Source of the DNA: Piedraia hortae CBS 480.64
Lineage: Eukaryota
Assembly: GCA_010093745.1 (NCBI GenBank)
Contig: MU005966.1
Coordinates: 47,983-67,982 of the forward strand
DNA length: 20,000 nt
Direction of reading: 5' to 3'
Positions within the stretch are counted from its first letter, which is position 1. Every line of letters begins with the position of its first letter. Below the pieces are notes generated by a model. The model was not told where the DNA came from, ran no database searches, and saw only the letters and a list, made by a program, of their open reading frames with translations. Both the position numbers and the translations under genes were made by a program. Positions 1 through 7,264 of the stretch are shown in pieces.

Positions 1-2407
1 CACCGAGAATGATAAGATAGCGCATCGGGGGACGCTGGTTCAGCGCTTTGCGCCACTTGTACGTGGCCTCCAGGTCGGAGAGCAGCAGACCGCACCAATG
101 ACAGGCGGCCCAGCTGCGAGCGTACCAGCCAAGGATGATGGCGAGGGCGTAGAAGCCGAAACGTTTGTATGGCGTGCAAATGTCACGAATCATGACAGTA
201 GCAAGCAGGATCTGATACGTGAACTGCAGCTGCACAGGAACGGTCCAGAGCACACCGACGCAATAATGGCTGACAATGGCCGGCACGGCGTTGGGCATCA
301 GATAGGCCAGTTCGATGAGATTGTCCATGTAGACGCCAAAGTTGGGTGGTGCCACCACGTACGGCCACGTCGACCAAGACACCGATGGCAGATACTGCAA
401 CGCCGAAGTGATGTTCATCGACAGCAGGAAATATTGGGCTGTGGCGATGATGAGGATGGGCACAAACAGACGGGGGGCACGGCGCAGCGTCTTCTTGGCC
501 ACGTCGTCCAGCCGCCCATTCTTAAGGTAGTTTGTGGTCAAGAATCGCGTGGCAGTCAAGAAAAAGGGACCTATCCAGAGCTGTGTGAGGATGACGTTGC
601 CGAGAATCTTGGCTAGATATTTTTCAGCCTTGGGGTAATGAGCAATCGGGCCAAAGTCCTCAGAGATGTACGGCCAGAAGGTCTGACAAAAATGATGCAC
701 TGACACGGCAAAACAGGCCACAGCAACCAGACCAGCGAGGTAGTCAATCTGCTTCTTGGGTGGAGGCGGAGTCTCGATGTGCAGTGGGTTGGTGACGCCC
801 TTGACATCCGTCTCGGGCGGGTGCACGCGGACCTGGCCCTCCATCTCCTCGGCAGTAGGTGGTGCGCCCTGCTCCCTGAATGGCAGACCCGGCTGAAGAT
901 AGCTGGTGATGGTCGCGCTCTTCTCATCAAACGGGTTCTCGATGGCATGCGTGTCGGAGAAGGGATCGTGGTGCTCTTGCTGCGGCGCCTCATCGATGCG
1001 GCCAAGAACGGCAATTTCATCCCCTCGGTCGCCCGAAGACCGCCCTTCGACTAGCGGACGCTCCTCCGGTCCGTTCTGCGGCGTGGAGGATCGCGGCAGA
1101 CTGACCATACTAGCATAGGGAGGCACAGGCGTCTGTGCGCCCGAGCGCGGTGTGTGAAGACCGCTGTACATGGGCAGCGGGGTCTGGATACCGGGAGTCG
1201 AGTAGCCCGACGAGGTGCCAGACACAAAGTATCCCTTCTTGGTCGTCGAGCCATTTGACGAGCGCTGGTCCAGCGTGCCCTCGTTGGATGGCGGGGGCGC
1301 CCGCTTCGCGCGCCGATACGACGGCCGCATCTTGTGGAACGGCGTACGGCGAAAGCAAGTGTTGATCAGCGCGAAGATGCCAAAGATGCTGCAGGCGGCC
1401 GCGACAACGCCAGCAAGAACACGCAGACCACGCGGCCCACCCTCATCCTTCCACTTCCTCTCTGACTCGACGCCAAACGCGCTGTAGCCGCGCAAATCTG
1501 GGTCCTCTGTGGTGCACTGGGACTCGCCCGCGCAGCGTTTGTCGTAGTCGTGATGATCTGCGGCTGACATGGTCGACGAGTTGAAGAAGGCGCGCACGTA
1601 AAGCACGTAGGCTCGCGAGTTATCGCGCAGAGGCGGACCACCCATGTAGGTTGAGTCGCCGGTGGAGAAGGTGTGCAGAAACAGCGGCTGCCCAGCACGC
1701 GGCAGGGAGCGCTTCTTCTTGGTTAGCGACCGCGTGTTGTTGTCCGCGACCCAAAAGTCAACATTGGTCTTGTTCCAGTCCATGCGGACATGCGTAAAGT
1801 CGTCCCAGATGCGTACGCCGGCATGCTCGAGCGTTGTGAAGTTGGTGGTCCGCGTGGGATCGGGGAACTCCCCATTGACAAGGTACGCAGCTCGCGCCTC
1901 ATCTGACGAATCCATGTTCATGAGCTCTGTACTGAGGCTCTCCGAGTCGTTGAAGCGCAGCTGGAAGGCGAGCGAGACACCGCCCGAAGCCGAGCCAGCG
2001 GGCCTCAGACCAGCACGGAAGGTGCCGTATTGGATATCCTGGCGAACAGAGCGGAGGCTGGCTCCGGTGACGAGATGATCTTGGGTTGCCGGGTCTGTCA
2101 ACAACTCCAGAACCTGATTTTCGGTGCTGAAGAAGGTGTTGCTGGTCAGCTTGACGTTATCCGGGCTCGCGCCGACGCGGTAGATGGAGTTCCATCCCTT
2201 CTCCTTGCGGTGCTTAAAGTCCTGCGCGATCCACTGGTCGGTGTCAATCGACTTGGACTCGTTGAAGTAGACGACGATGGCGTCAGTGAAGCGCTGCGAA
2301 GTCTTCGGATCACGGAAGCCGCAGGGGCAGTCCTTGGGCGACAGCTTGGCAGCCGACGCCAGCTGAGAGCCCAGCACCAGGCCACAGAGGCCCAGAGAGA
2401 GCAGCAT
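1..2407 (-). CDS. Signal peptide + GH16-like (ConA/laminarinase fold) domain + TM helix + S/T/P-rich linker + acyltransferase-3 domain fusion protein; 3'-partial (runs off window start)
   Basis: Manual translation gives an open frame from ATG 2407 to position 2 (802 codons, no stop), with an in-frame TAA just upstream. It is absent from the ORF track because its stop lies outside the window. N-terminus MLLSLGLCGLVLGSQLASAA is signal-peptide-like. GH16-type motifs: CPCGFRDP, SLRSVRQDIQYGTFRAG, FTHVRMDWNKTNVDFWV, MGGPP, YVRAFFNSS. TM LRVLAGVVAAACSIFGIFALI at ~1360-1425. AT3 region from ~750: IDYLAGLVAVACFAVSVHHF...LRRAPRLFVPILI...GVLWTVPVQLQFTY. Confidence 0.88.
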   Translation of the reverse strand, partial: MLLSLGLCGLVLGSQLASAAKLSPKDCPCGFRDPKTSQRFTDAIVVYFNESKSIDTDQWIAQDFKHRKEKGWNSIYRVGASPDNVKLTSNTFFSTENQVLELLTDPATQDHLVTGASLRSVRQDIQYGTFRAGLRPAGSASGGVSLAFQLRFNDSESLSTELMNMDSSDEARAAYLVNGEFPDPTRTTNFTTLEHAGVRIWDDFTHVRMDWNKTNVDFWVADNNTRSLTKKKRSLPRAGQPLFLHTFSTGDSTYMGGPPLRDNSRAYVLYVRAFFNSSTMSAADHHDYDKRCAGESQCTTEDPDLRGYSAFGVESERKWKDEGGPRGLRVLAGVVAAACSIFGIFALINTCFRRTPFHKMRPSYRRAKRAPPPSNEGTLDQRSSNGSTTKKGYFVSGTSSGYSTPGIQTPLPMYSGLHTPRSGAQTPVPPYASMVSLPRSSTPQNGPEERPLVEGRSSGDRGDEIAVLGRIDEAPQQEHHDPFSDTHAIENPFDEKSATITSYLQPGLPFREQGAPPTAEEMEGQVRVHPPETDVKGVTNPLHIETPPPPKKQIDYLAGLVAVACFAVSVHHFCQTFWPYISEDFGPIAHYPKAEKYLAKILGNVILTQLWIGPFFLTATRFLTTNYLKNGRLDDVAKKTLRRAPRLFVPILIIATAQYFLLSMNITSALQYLPSVSWSTWPYVVAPPNFGVYMDNLIELAYLMPNAVPAIVSHYCVGVLWTVPVQLQFTYQILLATVMIRDICTPYKRFGFYALAIILGWYARSWAACHWCGLLLSDLEATYKWRKALNQRPPMRYLIILG

Positions 2408-2880
2408 TGCAGAGGGGAGAGCGCGGAGAGACAGAATGTAGAGAAGATCAGATTACAGGGCAAAAAACATGGGGGGCAGCTTGCTACTTCGGCTGCTTCC
2501 AGAGTGACACCACGCCCGACGAGAAAGAAGACGGCGGAAAAGTGGGTCCAGCCGCCGCGGCAGGACCCAGAATGGAGCCGAGCGCTGATGACAGGGTTTG
2601 GATTGACGGAAATTTAGCTTTGTGGCGCGGGGCAAGCATGCCGTTGGGCTGCTCGTGAATATTGGTTTTGCGCAATTCTTTTTTGTTGTTTCATAAATAG
2701 CGCAATAGCGCGCGCATGGTAATTAACTGATAGTGAGCGCTGGGAAAGTCTGATAACCCGCATGATGACCCGTTTGATGGGATGGCCCGTTGGATGGCAA
2801 TCAACCGCCACAGCACTCCAAGCTGCCACAACTCCTATACATGCTTTAACCGCGCAGCAGTAAAACTTCGAAGTGAATTT

Positions 2881-2967
2881 AGCCAACGTTGACACCCATC
2901 AGCCATACGTTAAGCTCCACCAGCCATTGCAGCTCTCGTCAGCCACAGTGTTACACCCATCAGTCAC
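2881..2967. repeat. Degenerate ~20-bp tandem repeat, about 4 units
   Basis: AGCCA/AGTCA recurs at 2881, 2901, 2922, 2941 and 2962; units gttgacacccatcagcca and gttacacccatcagtca are near-identical. It lies just downstream of the AT3 stop codon. Confidence 0.6.
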
Positions 2968-2989
2968 GACATTCTCTCCAATTAACCAT

Positions 2990-4444
2990 CTACTCCATTA
3001 GCCACTCAAATGCCTTTGCCGCCAGCTTTTGGGATGGCCGGTCAATTGCCCGGTAGTACAATTCGGTCGCTGCAATGGTGGTTATCGCGCCCACCACAAA
3101 CACGGCAAAATTTGCCAAAGCCGAAGACGTCCCATTCTCGGTAAGATGCAGGTAAAGTTTGATGCCAGCCGTCCAAAGAACGAGGCTTTGGGCGACAAAG
3201 ATGCTCAAAGACCGCCGTCCGATCGCCGTAAGCCACCTAGCAGATAACACTCGCTGGGCTCCTGCAGTAGTCTCCACAACGAGAAGTAGGCCGAAGATGA
3301 CGAGGAAATTGTCGAGGCGTGGCAGCGGGTCGTCCATGACAAAGTCTTTGAGCGTCATGTTCTCGTAAATATCGAGGTGAGGGTGGAGTATGAGTTCCTT
3401 GTTTGCATAGTGAGGCCATACGCTCCAAATGACCTTGAAAATGAGCCCCGCCAGGAGCATTCCCGCCGCAGGAATCTTCACTGGGACTTTCCAATGTTCT
3501 GTTATCTCTACCCCCTCTTCGAGACGCTTTTTGAGGACAGGATTGATCATGTAGCTAGCCAATAGCAGCGCGGCTGCATCGTAGAAGCCCCAGGAAGCCA
3601 TCCACCACGCCCCCAACGCGAACATGAAGATGTACGGGCGGTGCCAAGTCGGGCGCACATATGGCAGAACGACCATCAAAAAGTACACCGTCCATGATTG
3701 CTGGAAAATGAGAGAAACACTCCACAACGTATTGGTCGGCCAAAACTTGTTAGCCGCCTGCCAAAAGTAGGATCGCACGACCCAGAAAATTCCAAACATG
3801 GAGTTGAAGGCAACGAGCGCGCTGTCCGGAACGTCCGGAGCTGGCAGCGAATCGTTAGGACGTCGCTCCTTGAACTTTTCAATGTAATGAACACCAAGCC
3901 CAGCGAAGATGGCCATGCTGAGGCCAGAAGCGATGGAAACGGCAATAGCCATGCGAATGATGCGGCGGATGACGGTACCGCTGAGACTGATGGGCGTTGG
4001 GTTCGTCAAGAAGAGAATGCAGATAGAACGGGCGCTCAAGACAAAGAAAAAGGAAGCGATGAGCGAAGCGTTCCAAGCCCAAGAGGAGAGAACGATGCGG
4101 ACCACGCTCATGCCAGTAGACGCATTGTGGCCCGGGTAGATGATGCGAGGGATAAAAGTCGCGAAAAAGGTCCAGAAGAAGCTTGAAAGAACGATGATAC
4201 CGCGAAGTCCGTCGAGGTGTTTGTGCCTTGGCGCATTGCCATCAGCCAGATCAACAGCAGTGGAGTCATTGGCAGGCGACGTCGACGGCTTCATCGCGCG
4301 CAACCGCGACATGAGGCCCGACGACGTCTTCTCCTGCTGACCCGACATGGCAGATGTCTCAGTGGGCGTGCTAGTCCCGGTGTTTGGGTTTGGCGAGGCC
4401 AGGGGGAAGGAGGCCATGGGCGTGCTCTCCTTTGGGGTGTCCAT
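2990..4444 (-). CDS. Acyltransferase-3 family multi-pass membrane O-acyltransferase (484 aa)
   Basis: ORF 2990..4594. The likely start is ATG 4444 (MDTPKEST), preceded by a pyrimidine-rich leader. AT3 hallmarks: RHKHLDGLRG, FFFVLS, RRIIRM, LWSVSLIFQ, IGRRSLSIFVAQ, TELYYRAIDRPS. About 10 hydrophobic segments; no intron needed. Confidence 0.87.
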   Translation of the reverse strand: MDTPKESTPMASFPLASPNPNTGTSTPTETSAMSGQQEKTSSGLMSRLRAMKPSTSPANDSTAVDLADGNAPRHKHLDGLRGIIVLSSFFWTFFATFIPRIIYPGHNASTGMSVVRIVLSSWAWNASLIASFFFVLSARSICILFLTNPTPISLSGTVIRRIIRMAIAVSIASGLSMAIFAGLGVHYIEKFKERRPNDSLPAPDVPDSALVAFNSMFGIFWVVRSYFWQAANKFWPTNTLWSVSLIFQQSWTVYFLMVVLPYVRPTWHRPYIFMFALGAWWMASWGFYDAAALLLASYMINPVLKKRLEEGVEITEHWKVPVKIPAAGMLLAGLIFKVIWSVWPHYANKELILHPHLDIYENMTLKDFVMDDPLPRLDNFLVIFGLLLVVETTAGAQRVLSARWLTAIGRRSLSIFVAQSLVLWTAGIKLYLHLTENGTSSALANFAVFVVGAITTIAATELYYRAIDRPSQKLAAKAFEWLME

Positions 4445-5319
4445 TGCGGCGACGGGATGTTGGGAGAAGAGGTGAGGTGAACAGAACCAAAGAGGAAAGG
4501 GTGCCTGAGTGGGGGCGGATGCTAAATGTGGCCCGAGCGGTGCGGAATTCGGGGCGGACAGCGTTTTCGCCGGACAGACGAAAAGCCGCTCCATGCCCTA
4601 ACGCCACCGCAGGTGCATTCACGCTTTCCTGTTTGGGCCGCATCGCGTGTCGCAGGTTGGGAGCATCACTACCACTTTCAGACCCGTGGTGTGAGCTGCA
4701 TCGTGGGGCCGGGGAATGAGCTGTGTACCTGGCACGTCCAATCGTGCCTGCGCTAGCCTCCTGACTCGTCGACAGCGTCGGCGCTGTCAACTCGTCGCTG
4801 TCGCCCGCCTGCCAACCCCTTTCCCCTGCCAATAATAGCCACCCCCACCCCTGTCAGATACCACTGCCGTCAGCGTCTCCACCTTCGTCACTCCACATGT
4901 GTAGTTCCCCACCCAGCTGTCATTTACGCAGGCAGAAAAACAACAAAAACCTAACGACCCCTGCACGTGGCGTTGCTGCCAATCCCGGCAAGCATAATCA
5001 ATTCCGGGGCTGCCAATTCGCTTTCCCCACTTGACCCAATCATTGCTCGGCCGATTCCGCGCCGCTACCTTAATTACGCGGGCTTATGTTGCTGCGGGTG
5101 GGTCCGTATCTTTGCAAGAAATCCATCGTTTGGTTCTTCACTCTTTCCTGCCACCCTCACCCACCCACCGACTCTCGTTTTTTTCCTTCTCAACCCCTCA
5201 ACGCTTCCCCTTGTTTGTATCTCGCACCGACCCCGCGTCTTTTAACCACTTTGATTTTGCCGCCGACTTTCCCAAGAACATCACCCAAGCGCCGCTCCGG
5301 CTGCCCACGCTCGCTCATA
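4445..5319. promoter_or_regulatory. Divergent (probably bidirectional) promoter region between the AT3 and GT2 genes
   Basis: Head-to-head ATGs at 4444 (-) and 5320 (+), 875 bp apart, with CT-rich tracts ahead of each ATG on its sense strand. Individual sites are not verifiable. Confidence 0.5.
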
Positions 5320-6983
5320 ATGTTTCCGCGTCTTTTCCGCTCCCACGGGGCCTCGAACCTCACTGAGCTCTCTCCGTTGTCCGACGATGGCTCTCCGCAC
5401 AGTTCCAGCTTTCCGCTGCCAGCGCAGTCACAGGCGCCAGCCTCCCAGCCCAAAACTTTCAAGAAGGCGATGCTCTCGATGCGGGACCACTGGATGCGCT
5501 TCTCGGACTGGCTGACGGAATGGACGCCCGTCATCCTTGTCACCAGCTACTGGGTCGTTTGCACTGCCATCTTTGTCATGTGCAATGAGCCAGCCATTCG
5601 TTTCTTTTATTACTTTTACATGGTGGTCAATCTGTACATTGCCGTCTGCGCCGCGGTGGAATCGTTTCTCGGCTTGACGCCTGTGCGAGATGCTGCCATG
5701 GCCGCCGACAAGGCCGATGCCACGGGCAAGTTTCCCAGCTCCGACGAGGCTCTTCCGACTCTGGACATGGTTATGGTTGCATACTTGCCCAACGAAAAAG
5801 ACATCGTTGTTGGACAAGTTATGTACGCGCTTGAGGAGCTCAAGTACCCGCGCGAGAAGCTGCGAATTAGTGAGTGCTTGCTGGTGTCAGGTGGATTTGA
5901 CTGACCATCCAGACCTTGTTTATAACACTCCGAAGCCCATCGAACCGGTCGAGACGCAGCTGCGTGAGCTGGACGAGCAGTACGACCAGCTGCGGGTCAT
6001 CAAAGTGCCCAACTCCAAGTCCAAGGCCGACAACCTCAACCATTTCTTCTCTCTTCCACCCTCTGGCGCTGATTACACGGGCGTCTTCGATACCGATCAT
6101 TGCCCTCACCCGTACAACCCCCGCTGGGCTGCCGAGCGTTTTATCCTCGACAAGCCCGATATCGTGCAAGGCCGCTGCATCGTCTACAACACCAACGAGT
6201 CGTTCTGGGCGAAAATGATTGCGATTGAATTCGACAAGATCTATGCCATTGCGCATCCTGGCCGCAGCCGCATGTTCCAGTTTGGTCTCTTTTGCGGCAG
6301 CAACGGCTGGTGGCGATCGGAGGTGCTGCGTGAGCTGAAGATGCACGGCGAGATGTTGACTGAGGACATTGACTCTGCCCTGCGCGCATACGGTGACGGC
6401 AACCGTGCCGTCCACGACATGAACGTGCTGTCGTATGAGCTTGCGCCTAATTCGTTTGGAGCTTTCTGGAAGCAGCGGATGAGGTGGACCCAGGGTAAGT
6501 TTTGACGTCATAGGCTGGATTGGCGGCCGCTTACGAAGTTCAGGCTGGACGCAGGCTTCAATTGTTCACTTGCCGCTTATCTGGACTAACCCGCCCCGTG
6601 GCCATCGTGTGCCGCAGGAGCGCCTCGGTCTCTTCTCGCTGCTCTTTGTGCGTGAGCTGAGCTACTACTTTGTCTCGCAGCACACGTGTCTCCTGCTCAG
6701 TTTCATCATCACGGGCTGGCCGAACGATGCCGGCAGCTTTGTGCGGCTCATTTTCTTCCGCTACCCGATGGCCGAGTGGTTCTTGTTCATCACCATTCTC
6801 TGTCTTATCTTCACTCTTTGGTTCACGGATCGCGTGCGCAGCGAATTCACCAGCTGGCGGGCGATGATTGTCTTCTCGATCATCTACACGCCCTACCTGA
6901 TCCTGCAGAGCACCATGGGTCTGTTTGGACACGCAAGAGAACTGGTCAAGTACTCTTCGTGGAATCCGACGACGAGAGGGTGA
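5320..6983 (+). CDS. Processive glycosyltransferase family 2 (cellulose-synthase-like polysaccharide synthase), 523 aa; exons 5320-5869, 5913-6494, 6544-6983
   Basis: Three ORF-track fragments join in frame after removing two GT-AG introns (550+582+440 = 1572 nt), giving LRINLVYNTP and QRMRWTQGWTQAS across the junctions. Motifs: VAYLPNE, SKADNLN, FDTD (DxD), VQGR, GSN, LTED, QRMRW (QxxRW). Two N-terminal and several C-terminal TM segments. Confidence 0.92.
5870..5912 (+). other. Spliceosomal intron 1 of the GT2 gene (43 nt)
   Basis: GTGAGT donor, CTGAC branch site at 5901-5905, CAG acceptor; removal restores the reading frame. Confidence 0.9.
6495..6543 (+). other. Spliceosomal intron 2 of the GT2 gene (49 nt)
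   Basis: GTAAGT donor, variant branch GCTTAC, CAG acceptor; removal restores the QG/W frame. Confidence 0.85.
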
Positions 6984-7264
6984 ATGAAGAGGCGGGTTAT
7001 ATGCTTTCAATGACGGGGCACGCAAGGGAATCTGGGAACAAAGGATGGCCGAGAATGGTCACATGGATCATGTCAGGAGGACAAAATCGATGCCAACGCT
7101 GCGCCGCGGCGAAGATAGAGGAGTTGGGGGATGGCGATAACGCGATAATCATAAAATTATTCACCAATTTCAGTCGTAGCGGCTGCTGCCAGCCTGCAAG
7201 GTGAAACAGCGATATGAAGTGACGTTTCCTACATTTTGCATTGAGAGGGATTTGTGCAACCCAA

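Noticed and set aside
98..2617. Plus-strand ORFs 98..616, 779..1054, 1662..2078, 2030..2617 and short minus ORFs in the track
   Set aside because: Antisense or off-frame shadows of the real minus-strand GH16-AT3 gene; no recognisable motifs.
2881..2967. CRISPR-like periodic repeats
   Set aside because: Eukaryotic context, imperfect units with no unique spacers, and no cas genes.
4445..4594. 50-aa N-terminal extension of the AT3 ORF from ATG 4594
   Set aside because: Reads like pyrimidine-rich 5' UTR; ATG 4444 has better context. Not excluded.
6495..6513. Alternative acceptor TAG|GCTGG in GT2 intron 2
   Set aside because: It would give a 19-nt intron with no branch site, too short to splice; the CAG at 6541-6543 fits.
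6984..7264. Possible upstream exon encoding the Trl1 ligase domain
   Set aside because: Only 281 bp are available, with no ligase motifs and no convincing intron.
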